Origin: Octopus sinensis
Lineage: Eukaryota
NCBI RefSeq assembly: GCF_006345805.1
Contig: NC_043012.1
Span: 59,148,001-59,212,000, forward strand
Length of the DNA: 64,000 nucleotides
Direction of reading: 5' to 3'
In this document: piece after piece, positions 38,496-50,670 of the stretch
Layout of the letters: each line of letters opens with the position of its first letter
Numbering within the stretch: the stretch's first letter is position 1
Made by a program: the position numbers and the translations under genes
The notes under the pieces: model-generated
The model's input: only the letters and a program-made list of their open reading frames with translations
Databases searched by the model: none
What the model was told of the DNA's origin: nothing

Positions 38496-38596
38496 TTCTT
38501 TGCTACTGTTGTTGTATTGTCGCTATTTTAGTTGTTTTAGGGGCGGCTCTTGATCACCTTCCACTCCCACATCAAAATATTATCCTTAATCAAGCA

Positions 38597-38638
<42 letters not shown>

Positions 38639-38639
38639 G

Positions 38640-38870
38640 TTTGCATATATTTGTGTTCGTTTCTCTTGTGTTTGTTCCCGTAATCATCGCTTGACAATCA
38701 ATGGTGGTGTGTTTATGTCCCCACGACTTAACAGTTTGGCAAAAGAGACGGAGTGAATAAGTGCTATGCTTACAATGAATAAGTCCTGGGCTCGATTTCT
38801 TCGACTAAAAAATCGTTTTAAGGCGGCGCTCCAGCATGGCCCGAAACAAGTAAAAAATGAAATGAAAGTA
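38640..38870 (+). mobile_element. 3' half of the bipartite CORE-like SINE
   Basis: CATCGCTTGACAATC..AATAAGTCCTGGG..GGCGGCGCTCCAGCATGGCC..GAAACAAGTAAA. Confidence 0.8.
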
Positions 38871-38875
38871 AAATA

Positions 38876-38908
<33 letters not shown>

Positions 38909-39130
38909 TATATATTTATACACACGCATACACACAATTAAAGTCTTTCCAACCGTGAACCTCATGCTATAATTTTACAGTGCAGGTTCAGTTTCTGCTC
39001 TAATTGTCTTGTATTCCCTATGGTAATCAGTAGATTTAGACAGGAGGGTGTTTCATTTGTGTGCATTCTTTCTTCATATGATTTCATTTCAGGTCTCGAC
39101 GCACGTTGTCTTTACTCTTTTTCCTTTCAG

Positions 39131-39232
39131 TATCATATCTGTGTAGGCACGATGAAAAATCAAGAATAATTGCGAAGCTGAGCATGTACGACGAAGTTCT
39201 AATAGAGGCAAAGGACTTCATAATCAAGCGAG
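39131..39232 (+). CDS. Candidate 102 nt coding exon (phase 1-1)
   Basis: tttactctttttcctttcAG acceptor and AG|GTTTAG donor; only one open frame, SYLCRHDEKSRIIAKLSMYDEVLIEAKDFIIKR. Confidence 0.35.
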
Positions 39233-39575
39233 GTTTAGTGCAATGTCAGCGAAATGTTGTAGCTTGGCATGACGAAATTGCTATTTATTGAACAACCCAG
39301 TAACATTATTTTGCTCTGTTATTATCTTATGCGTTGCAGTCACTGGAGAGCAGCCATGCCAGAGCTTAGCCCTTGAAGGGTTATATCGAACAGATCAACT
39401 CCTCCACTTATATTTTTTTAGACTAGTAATTTATTCTATTGCTTCTATTACAGAACAACTAAGTTAAAGCGACATCATCAAACCAATACCGATTTTTAAG
39501 CTGTGGAGTGGAAATGGACTCAAGACACGTACATACACACAGATATACTTACATGTATGTATGTATATATGTATG

Positions 39576-39609
<34 letters not shown>

Positions 39610-39645
39610 TGTATGTGTGAGTATGTATGTATGTATGTATGTATG

Positions 39646-39676
<31 letters not shown>

Positions 39677-39714
39677 GTATATATGTATGTATGTATGAAT
39701 GCATGTATGTTTAG

Positions 39715-39905
39715 TTCAAATTTACAGAAAATAAAAGACGAAGATAGGTGAGGGAACAACAAGCAGGAGTATTATTTTGACGCTCGGGAAGAATGGAAAA
39801 GTCTTTCTTTGACGTCTCGGGCCTACGCTCTTCGACAGAAAGTGATAAAAGGTTAAAAAATGGAGAGAAAAAGAAACAAAAGCCGGGGAGAGAAAAGAAT
39901 GTGTT
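39715..39905 (-). repeat. Dispersed repeat with hammerhead-like motif (probable Penelope terminal repeat)
   Basis: AAAAGACGAAG..ACGCTC..GACGTCTCGGGCCTACGCTCTTCGACAGAAAG; homologous to 40405-40620 and 54005-54200. Confidence 0.6.
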
Positions 39906-40404
39906 GGGATTAATGGTTCAACATGATGAAATGACCGGAAGAGAGAAGCTGAGTGAAAGGGAGATAATTATGGTGACTCGTGAGATAACAACGATGAACT
40001 AATTTTGCACAAGCACGTATGTGTATGTAAGAATGGTGTGTGTGAGTGTATATGTGTGAATGGGGTCGAGCAAGTGTGAATATATGTGTAGGCGAGCTTA
40101 AACATATATAGGCTTGTGTTTGCGTATGGGAGTCTACGTGTGTATGTGCAGATGTTCCTACTACCTGCATACAAGCGATGTTTCCACTGTATTTCTGTTT
40201 ATTAGTTCATTCACAATTCATTGGCCAGCCAAATGCTATTGAAGAAGACACTTACCCAAGGTCCTGTAAATAGGACTGGACCTAAAAACGCAAACGTCTT
40301 AACTGCAAAGCCACGCCTGCGCCTCTGAATGTGTATATTTTAGTTTTAATTTAACTCTCATAGATTTTTAAACGTGCTGTCTAATAAAGATTTGTTATAA
40401 CGGG

Positions 40405-40620
40405 AAGCTTTATGAAAATAGACAAAAGACGAAGGCAGGTTTACGGAAATAAACAAAAGACAAAGGCAGGTGGAATACAAACAAACAATTGTATTAGTAT
40501 GGCGCTCAGGAAATATAAATAAAACAAGTCTTTAACGTTTCGAGCCTACGCACTTCAACAGAAAGATACAGAGAAGAAACACAGAAAGAAGGAGAGAAAA
40601 AAATGCGTGCAGAGGCTAGC
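40405..40620 (-). repeat. Dispersed repeat with hammerhead-like motif (probable Penelope terminal repeat)
   Basis: Reverse complement reads TCTTT-CTGTTGA-AGTGCGTAGGCTC-GAAAC-GTT-AAAGA. Confidence 0.65.
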
Positions 40621-40885
40621 GAATCAACATGGCGATCTGATTTCGGCCAGAAGTCAAAGATCAAACGTGAGACGCAAGAGCGAAATTAGGGGAGATAATA
40701 GGGTTTATTATACCTTTTCAAAGTTCATTACGTATTACACATAAAAATGCTGATAAATGTTTCATAACTGCCCAAACACAAGTAGGAGCTAATAATCTAT
40801 TTTGCTGAAGAAATTCAATTGCTTTTCGGTGTTGCTGATCGATGGGGCTAGGTCTTACTGGGGATATCATCGTTGTTGTTAAGGC

Positions 40886-41110
40886 GCGAGGAGGCGGAAA
40901 GGTTAGCACGCTAGGCAAAATGCTTAGCGGCATTCCGTCTGCATTTACTTTCTGAGATGAAATTCCACCGGGATCGACTTTGCTTTTCATCCTTTCAGAG
41001 TCGATAAAATAAATGATAATACCTCACTGGGATCGATGGTAATTGACCTTCCCCAAAATTGCTGTTGTGGTTTATCTTCGGTGCCAACCTGAACCAAAAA
41101 GGTCTATGAT
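40886..41110 (+). mobile_element. Meta-type SINE, diverged
   Basis: AAGGCGCGAGGAGGCGGAAAGGTTAGCACGC..GATCGACTTTGCTTTTCATCCTTTC. Confidence 0.75.
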
Positions 41111-41296
41111 CAAAGACTTTCCAGTTGTGATTACCATAGCACCACATTGTGATCAGATACATTTTGATGACGCCATAGCACTTCATTGTGTTCAGATAAT
41201 GCAATTTAGATTAAATTTAAGCGCTTAGAAATACTGTATCTTATATAGTTTATGTAGCACATTCTTACTTTGGTTGCAGTAAGCATAATGTTTGTT

Positions 41297-41540
41297 TCTT
41301 CCTCCTCGAGCTACGCCTGGCTCATAAGGGCCGGTTTCCCGGTTTCCTTGGCGTATGGGTTCCCCACCTGGATGGGACGCTGGTCCGTCGCAGGTGAGCT
41401 GCAAGATGCAGGAGGAAAGAGTGAGAGAAAGTTGTGGCGAAAGCGTCAGCAGGAGTTCGCCATTACCTTCTGCCGGAGCCACGTGGAGTTTAGGTGTTTT
41501 GCTGATAAACACACACATCGCCCGATCTGACATTCGAACA
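41297..41540 (-). mobile_element. OR1/OR2-like SINE with V-like motif
   Basis: Homologous to 55757-56060. Confidence 0.85.
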
Positions 41541-42079
41541 AGCGATCGCTCGAATGATTTTTCAGATAAAAATTTTCCTCAAATCACACGCTAACATGTT
41601 TATTTCAGTAGAAAGGTGCGATTTGAAGGGTTTCAATTCGATCTCTATATCATTTCTAGCAACCATATAGAAGCTCACTCTTGAGCCCGACATATTCCCG
41701 CGTTTGCTCTAATTTTTTCTACGCAATGAAGATTCATAGATTATACATTCACCCACCACTCGCCCTTCTTAAAAACCTTTCATGCGCAAGCAATTATATA
41801 CGACAGCTTGAATTAAGAGGATATGGATTAAAACAAAATTTAATTTTTGTTTTCATACTGTCGCAGAATATTAATTTCTATTCAACTAAACAAATAAAAA
41901 CATTGCGTGTTGTAAATATGTAGGTGGATGCGATTTCTTAACGGTCATGCCCTTCCCTAGGGAATAAATGAATGAACGAATGATGTAAATTAGGTTGAAT
42001 TAGATTTAAGCGGGAATTGAAACTGTTTCGCAAACTCGTTTTGCCCTGAAGCGTAAAATTTCCCTTCTATGTCCATCTT

Positions 42080-42110
<31 letters not shown>

Positions 42111-43455
42111 TCATATATATATATATATATACTCTTTGTTCTTTTACCCACTTTCAATCTGTCGTTCTGCCTCTTCCTCCTCACTCTCCCATCCACTTTA
42201 CTGCTCTCATTCTCTCCGTTTTCTCTTTTTCTTCTTTTCTTTTTTTTTTTATTACTTTGGGTTTTTCATAGATTATAATCTATCTACTATAGGCACAACG
42301 CCTGAAATTTAGAGAGGAGGGGACTAGTCGATTACAGCTTTGTTGCTTTCAATTCTACATGAAACATGGTCCTATATATATTTTGGCTTCCTATGAATTA
42401 CACGTCTTTTTTTATGGTTGGCCTATAAAAGATAACAGAGTAGCACTGTGTTACTTCAAAATCTTTTGGACATTAAGGTACGGACGATCTTCTTCGATCT
42501 GAACGGTAAGTCGATGGTGCTGGATGTGAACAAAGAATGCATTACTCTCAGATGAGAGGCCGTTTCTTCGACGCTTGGTGCAGGGTTGTCAAATTTCTTC
42601 AGGCACATCCGATAGAATTTTATGCTCATTGGTACGATTGTATGTCTGTTATAGCATCTGAGACGCATGTTAGGACTGTGTGTAGTTTGGCGATTGTAGA
42701 GCAGGGAGCAAAATCTTTGCAAAGCTAATCAAAGAGTTCTAATTGATTAGAAGCTACCAAGAAAATTCTCGGATTGCACTAGTTAAACTGTTTTAATCTA
42801 TCTCCATTCTAACTAAATTAGATACAGAATTTTTTTAGACAATGGAGAAAAATAGTAAAAGCCTGTATAATATGATGTTGGCACTCATATTATTATGATT
42901 TGAACTTCCAACTAAATTAGGACGCAAATACAGGCACCCTATGTCAGTCGGGAGCTGATCGGCACGTTCACGTTAGATTCTACAGTGGGCAAGTGATGAG
43001 GATGAAGGAAAGTCCTCGCTGAAACTTTAGAGTACTAACACATTCGTCACGAGCGAAACCAAAGGATCCAGTTTTCAATGACCCGATCATCAAGTAAATA
43101 TTATAAAATAAAATACACCACATTCACGATTTTAAGGACGATTATTGGTAACTATAATCTTTTTTTATTTAAAGTACAGATACAAGCATGGTTTTATGGT
43201 TAAGAAGCTCATTTTGCCATCAAAGGGTTTTGTATTCAGTCCCAAAGAGTGATATCTTGAGCAAGTGTCATCTACAATAGCCCTAAGCTGACCAATCTTT
43301 TGTGTGCCATCTGCTGCTGCGCTAAAGAACTGGTCCGAGAACCTTTTGATACCGCTTCGTACATGTGTGCGTATCTGTGAGTTTGCGCATCACTTTTTGA
43401 AATCTGGTGTAGGTTTGCTTACGCCTTGGAAATTTGAAGTTCAGAAGTTCGATAC

Positions 43456-43645
43456 CCGTAGGAGTGGCTGTGTAGTAAGTAGCTTGCTTACCAACCACAT
43501 GGTTCCGGGTTCAGTCCCACTGCGAGGCACCTTGGGCAAGTGTCTTCTACTATAGCCTCGGGCCGACCAAAGCCTTGTGAGCGGAATTGGTAGACGGAAA
43601 CTGAAAGAAGCCCGTTGTATATGTATATATATATATATCTATATA

Positions 43646-43689
<44 letters not shown>

Positions 43690-43901
43690 ATGTTTGTGTC
43701 TGTGTTTGTCCCCCAACATCGCTTGACAACCGATGCTGGTGTGTTTACGTCCCCGTCACTTAGCGGTTCGGCAAAAGAGAACGATACAATAAGTACTAGG
43801 CTTACAAAGAATAAGTCCTGGGGTCGATTTGCTCGACTAAAGACGGTGCTCCAGCATGGCCACAATCAAATGACTGAAACAAGTAAAAGAGTAAAAGAGT
43901 A
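43456..43901 (+). mobile_element. Bipartite CORE-like SINE, near-consensus full copy
   Basis: Complete head, internal TA/TG tract, 3' half and GAGTAAAA-repeat tail. Confidence 0.92.
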
Positions 43902-44364
43902 ACCGATAGGGGAAGAACAAGGCTTAGAAAGAAAAATATACGTACTGGTTTGGATTTGCCCAACTAAACACTTCAAGGAAGCGATCCAGCATACCGAAAG
44001 TCCAGTGACTGAAACAAGTATACGATTAAAAAAAGAAAGATAAGTTACTTATGGGTGCACAATGGACGACAGAATCAATAAAGAAACGCACGATATTATT
44101 GTCCAATCTAATTACCTCCCTTTACGTTATACATTCACAAGATGTCACACTGATGCTGAAATTATTTGATTCATCTTCGACGGAAAGGACGATGAAATAA
44201 ATAAGTACCAGTTAGAGAGTGGGGGCGTTAAAATCAATTCTACCCCATTCACACACCTAAACGTGTGATCTGGTACAAATGTTAGAAATCATTATTTGTT
44301 TTGGGCTGTAAAACTATCGCGGAACCTGTTTGTTTTGTGACATTTGTTTTATTTTGTCACGTAG

Positions 44365-44424
44365 GAAATATTCAAAGATATTTCCAAACTAAGCAGAAAA
44401 AATTTCTTCGCGTCAAAGCTTCAG
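44365..44424 (+). CDS. Candidate 60 nt coding exon
   Basis: tttgttttattttgtcacgtAG acceptor and CAG|GTAAAG donor; open in phase 1 (NIQRYFQTKQKKFLRVKAS) and in phase 0 (EIFKDISKLSRKNFFASKLQ). Confidence 0.4.
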
Positions 44425-45319
44425 GTAAAGAAAAAGAAAAAGAGAAAGAGAGAGAGAGAGAGACAGAGAAAAATAATAAAACTTTACGTAAAAAACCTGA
44501 AGGTATACGATTTTAGCTGCTAACAAAAGTTCACACTCTAGAAGAAAAAAAATAAATAAACAGTCTTTCTTCTTAATGGTTAATAGATTTGGTTGATACA
44601 TTGCAGGAAATGTTTCAAAAGCTAACAGTATATGATTCATTGAGATGGATGCTATTCATGCAACGTTTATCATATTCATCTTAAGTATTCTTAAATGAAG
44701 GAGTCCTCTTACAGGAAATAAATCATGATTTTCTAATTTCTTATCACGCATGAATCTACAGGGGTGATGCGAATAATTTTCATCAAATGGAGTTGTCTTC
44801 GAAGTGAAGACAATGAACATGAACGACAGAGGGAGAGTGAGAGAGAGAAGATAACGAATATGAGAAAGTAAGAGAGAGAGAAAGAGATTTCAATGCTTGT
44901 TCAGAATTCAGTAAATAAGCAGATTTCATTTCTTATTTGTTTAATTTTTGTCCTTTCGTTTTTTTTTTTTTTTTTTTGTTTTGTTTTTTGTTCCAGATGC
45001 GTGATCTATCATATAAAGAGAAAATATTATTTAATAGGACTTTTATTTGCTCGTAAAGAACTTTTTTTTTGATCCACAAAGAGAAAATCAATTTTCTTCG
45101 TTATACCAGGGAACATTGGAGACAGTTTGTGTCCTTGTAAGTAAAGAGAGATTTGTTCTTTGGCAATGTTTTTATGAGTTATTCATGAGAGAAGTGGAGA
45201 GTCGGTGGCAGGCAGGAACCTTCGCTTTCCTTGCAATGACTGGTTGTGTTTGACAGTGTTTAAATGTTCTAGGACACACACTCAAACGCACAAACACACA
45301 CACACACACACACACACAC

Positions 45320-45376
<57 letters not shown>

Positions 45377-45510
45377 GTGTGTGTATGTATCTATGTATGC
45401 ATGTATGTGCATGCTTATATATATATGTGTGTGTGTTTGTGCACGTGTGTGTGTACGTCTGTACTTTATACATATATATATGTACATAAATATACATACA
45501 TATATATATA

Positions 45511-45570
<60 letters not shown>

Positions 45571-45943
45571 TCATAAATATACATATATCTATGTTTGTAT
45601 GTATGTTGGTTTGTCTCGATGGAGGTTGATGAGTAGAGAATAAAAAAAAATGGTAAAAATCAATAATTGATGTAAGAATGTGAGATATGAAAGTGACATT
45701 CTTCTGATTCACTGAAGAACATGGGGGCGATGGTTGTGAGATGTGGGGAGCGACTTGGGCTGGTGGAAAGCGACGGAGTGATGATGGAAAGGCGATGGTA
45801 CAACTGTTGTTAACGGATTCTCGGGGCAGGAACAAACCGATGCGGTCAAAGCGAATGAAGGCACGTTTAATACACTAAAATACGTTGCTATATTTAGAAT
45901 GATATAGTTATACAATGTAGCATCTTTCTATACACAACACATG

Positions 45944-46005
<62 letters not shown>

Positions 46006-46011
46006 AATTCC

Positions 46012-46415
46012 ATAGGAGATTAATTGACAATCCAATAATTTATTTATATTTAACATAATATACTATGAATATAATATAATGTAAGCTAACATTAAAAAAT
46101 CTTTAAGAAACCAAAAGCGCCAAGAATATGTTTCGACTTATATACATTATTTGATTTATAAACAATTCATATCCATTTCTAAGAGTCTCTTCAGAGCTTT
46201 GGTTTAAAGACCGACGAAATTCCGTGTGAAAGGACCGCTGGATGGAGAAAAAATTATTTAATCAAATAATGTATATATATAAGTCGAAACAAATTATAGG
46301 CTCTTTTGGTCTTTTAATGATTTTTTATGTTATCTTATATTATATTGTATTCATAGTATATTATGTTATATTATAACATAAATAAATTGTTAGATTGTCA
46401 GTTGAATCTCTCTAT
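46012..46415. repeat. ~400 bp imperfect foldback with a hammerhead-like core
   Basis: Arms of about 150 bp (46012-46160 and 46256-46415) are reverse complements; the - strand carries CTGAAGA-GACT..AGTC-GAAAC. Confidence 0.8.
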
Positions 46416-46534
46416 TTAATTTATTATTTGTAATTTGCATTGTACGCTTATTTATGTGGTATTCAACTGACGTACCAGTGAAGTGGATGTTTTACACACC
46501 CCTTTGAAGGAATTCCTTTCCTTAGTTTGTTACG

Positions 46535-46596
<62 letters not shown>

Positions 46597-46612
46597 CGTA
46601 ACAGACACAACA

Positions 46613-46669
<57 letters not shown>

Positions 46670-46670
<1 letters not shown>

Positions 46671-46843
46671 TGTTGTGTCTGGGGAGAGTCATTTTCTTTT
46701 TTGCCTTATAATTTAACACACTCACCGGTAAAATTTCCACTTATTTTCTATTTTTATTGTCCTAAAATTTTCTTTGCGTCTTACCGCTGAGTGTGTTAAA
46801 TTATAAGGCACAAAAAGAAAATGGCTCTCCCCAGACACGACAG
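46670..46843. mobile_element. 174 bp MITE with ~60 bp terminal inverted repeats
   Basis: CTGTTGTGTCTGGGGAGAGTCATTTTC../..GAAAATGGCTCTCCCCAGACACGACAG; inserted at the edge of (TA)n; a related end lies at 54440-54490. Confidence 0.8.
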
Positions 46844-46904
46844 AATATGCTTCAACACACGAGCATTATATAAAGGATCCTGCAAACCAAATCCAAAACC
46901 GAAA

Positions 46905-47135
<231 letters not shown>

Positions 47136-48549
47136 TGTGACGGGAGCTTCTCATGTACTAAGTCATTGCTTTGTCTATAAATTGACGTGGCATGAGCGCG
47201 AACCTGGATCATCACATCCAGAACGTGGAGATCACGGTTCTTTGTCCAAATATTGGATAAACATATCATAGCAATTAAACTGGGTGTAAGGTGATTTTGG
47301 GTTACCTTGGTACAAGTATTTTGAAGGCTACAAATGCTTGTATAATTATATTTACAAAAAAAAAAAAGAAGTACGTTGAACTCCATCGCTGAAGAAAGAA
47401 ATGTACCTTCGTTAAGTGAAGAAGCACAAACAAAGAGCAACAAATAATAACAAAAAAGGTTTAAACATTCAACAGTCTTTGTTTATGGCCAGGCTATTGT
47501 TAGAACAATATGCTGCAGATAGAGGCCATAAAGGAAGTTAGAAAAGATAAGTTTGTCGGGTGACAAGAATACGCATGTGTTCAACAACAATTTATTACAA
47601 CCTGCTGCAATGAAAGCATTTTCCGTTCGCCTAGTCGTGTGCTTGCAAGTGTTACGACACCAAAAGACAAGCCACCGCCAGTAATCTAGGATAATTGCAG
47701 CCTATTTTAACGCTGAAAGCTGTATTCTTTAGCAGATACAATAACAAGTAACGAAAACTGTCCGACATATCAAGAGATAAGTCATATTATTTCGATGAAA
47801 CAAGAGCTAACATGTTAATTCTGAGCGCACGCTTAATGGTTACGCTATCAGTAATTTTGCTTGATAGGGCAGCTTCTTTTATCAGTATTAACAACTTCCT
47901 TGCCTTTAGTAAGGGGATTGGAAACTGAAGGAGGAATATAATCTTTTGTCAATATATTTAATGAAATGACAGAGCTGTTAACACATACCGTGAAAGCAGC
48001 TGTTATGATAGTGGAGTTTTATTGACAGACTCGTTACAGTTGAGGAGTGATTTTTTTTTTAATGTTACGTGAGCCTGAATGTGTTTAGACAGAAGCCTAA
48101 ATACTTGACAACAATTATATAGGAATTAGAGTTTATTAGAAGTGTGTCACATTCTTAATAAACTTCACTTAAAGTTAACTGCAGGAGACGGGGATTAAAC
48201 AAATGACAGCTGGTTATATTCTTTAAAAGTTCGATTAACGAAAAACTCTTATCTTGTTGAAAACATATTGAAATAAATATTCATAAGAAAACACAAATAG
48301 TAAATCAAACACGCAAATATATCTTCTGCTCGGAAGCAATGTCGTCAAGAGAGTTAAACTAATTTATAGCATAATGATGTCATTTCATCGTCCCAGTGTG
48401 CTAACATATCTGTGTATTTACTGTTCATTTCATCTGCCAATAACAATATAAATAATTACAAGAATATTGTAATGTTCATACAGAAATACGCACATACATA
48501 TATATATATATATATATGACGGTGTGGGAAGGCTCTCTATCATAGTAAT

Positions 48550-48600
48550 GTGTGCTGAGGATGGTGAGGCTATTATGCCAGTCCAGAAACCGGTCCATAC
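48550..48600 (+). ncRNA. Minimal type I hammerhead ribozyme candidate
   Basis: GTGTG-CTGAGGA-TGG..CCA-GAAAC-CG-GTC-CATAC: intact CUGANGA and GAAA core, GUC triplet, helix I GUGUG/CAUAC. Confidence 0.6.
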
Positions 48601-48827
48601 TTGAATGTATGCTGCGAGGTTGTCTTCGACCGTTTACCTTCGGACCGTTGATTTCTGTAGTTATTATTAAGTGTATTTCGGCGATTTAAATAAGATTTTT
48701 GACTGTTATTCCCAGCACATAGACATACTCAGCATATCCTTTGATTGGTTTTAATTTATATTTATATGTATATACATACGCACACACACACACACAGACA
48801 CACACACACACACACACACATACATAT

Positions 48828-48858
<31 letters not shown>

Positions 48859-48994
48859 CATACATACATACATACATACATACATACATACATACATACA
48901 TACATACATACGTACATACTATATACATATATATATAAATATATACGCACAAACTATACATGCATGCATACATATATAAATACACATATATATC

Positions 48995-49061
<67 letters not shown>

Positions 49062-49064
49062 GTT

Positions 49065-49255
49065 AATCCAAACAAGAAAACACAAAAAAAACACAACAAC
49101 GCGAGGACGTGGAACAAATATAGCATTATTGGACGCTCAGGAAAGAAGGAAGAAGGAGGATTTAACGTTTCGAGCGGAGCTCTTCGTGGGAAACATAGGA
49201 GAAGGAAAGATCCAGAGAAGGGAAGACAGAGGAACAAAAATCGCCAACGGTATAC
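49065..49255 (-). repeat. Dispersed repeat with hammerhead-like motif, sister of 13025-13232
   Basis: Reverse complement reads TGTTT-CCCACGA-A-GAGCTCCGCTC-GAAAC-GTT-AAAT. Confidence 0.65.
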
Positions 49256-49282
49256 AGAGATAGAGAGAGAGAGAGAGATACA

Positions 49283-49368
49283 AATACTTATCTATTTTTA
49301 TATGTATAATTCTACACCTATGGGGCTTTATTTTACTGGAAAGCAATATATTTGCATTGCATTTATAT

Positions 49369-49430
<62 letters not shown>

Positions 49431-49508
49431 GCAATACAAATATATTACTTTTCAGTAAAATAAAGCCCCATAGGTGTAGAATTATACATATAAAAATAGA
49501 TAAGTATT
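49283..49508. repeat. Near-perfect palindrome centred on (TA)n
   Basis: About 80 bp arms (49283-49362 and 49428-49508) with 3 mismatches seen. Confidence 0.9.
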
Positions 49509-50439
49509 ATCTATTTATATATATATATATATATTAATGGATGCATGTATGTATGTATATATATATACGCACATACATATTTTACTGATATGCTGTTCGC
49601 ATCTATTATTTGTTTGCTCTCTTCTTATTACTGTATATTAACCCTTAAGACCTAATAAATCTTTATGAAGAATTAATAAACTTTTACGGGGAACTAATCA
49701 GCCCTAACATAAAGAACTGATTAACTTTGATACAAGGGAAATATTGAAGGATATCAGATGATTGTGATGGTTGTTGTTGTGGTTGACGCTCCTACCGAAA
49801 TGCATTATATTTGCTGTTACATAAGACCTTCATTGATATTACACAAGGAGAAAATGTATGTTCTAAAGGAATGATGTGTCTGATATTACTAACAGGTTGA
49901 AGGGCCACGTAGAAACTAGCGTAAAGGCGTTGTTTAAACAAATAGAGTTGAAAAGGCGGCAGGCGTGATAAAGAACATACGCTTCATTTAAATTTATCTA
50001 GTCTAGGAAAAGTATCGTGCTCCGTTTATATAACATTTAGTTTTAAGATTTATTGCAATGAAACGAAACATAAAACTTTCTATATCCGCGCCATCATTGA
50101 ACAATTTGATAGCAAAGGTATTTAAATCTGTGAAAACAGATCCGGTGTTTCATTGGCATTGATTTTACTGAGGATGGCACTTAACACTAAACAAAAAAAT
50201 AACCATTGGATAGCATGTTGTTAAAAAAATATTAATGTTTGTGCTTGTGTGCTGTGTCTGTGTGCAAAAGCGGGAACCGAAGAGATGTTAATTCAGGAGA
50301 GTTCCCAGTTAATGGAATGTGTATGTGATTCAATCAACGATTTGTATGCGAACGATACAAACTTTATTTTCAAATCGTAATATCAGGCTCAGACATGGTC
50401 ATTAACTAAGGTCATAAAGTAGTCTGCTTCGGTGTGAAT

Positions 50440-50670
50440 CCTAAATTAAAGTGAAAGTTACTCGAATCATGCCGACTCATAAGGACTAGTTCCCCGGTTT
50501 CCATGAGGTATAAATTCCGTCGAAGGATTGCTCAATTTTACCAGCTCAGTGAACTGAAGCAACGTGAAATGATGTGTTTTGCTCAAGAACACAATGCGCC
50601 ACCCAGTCAAGGAATGGAAACCACAATCTTACGATAATGAGTCCAACACTCTAACCACTAAGCTACACGT
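50440..50670 (-). mobile_element. Nin/Deu-like SINE, diverged
   Basis: CTCAGTGAACTGAAGCAACGTGAAATG..GCTCAAGAACACAA..CTCTAACCACTAAGCTACACG. Confidence 0.7.

Noticed and set aside
38066-38683. 205 aa ORF with a hydrophobic stretch
   Set aside because: It is an (ATC)n repeat plus an antisense SINE plus (TA)n.
42440-43060. Possible exon ending at a GTAAGT donor (about 42505), and faint RTE-like peptides
   Set aside because: No pyrimidine tract at the acceptor, phase does not fit the exon chain, and RTE similarity is too weak to call.
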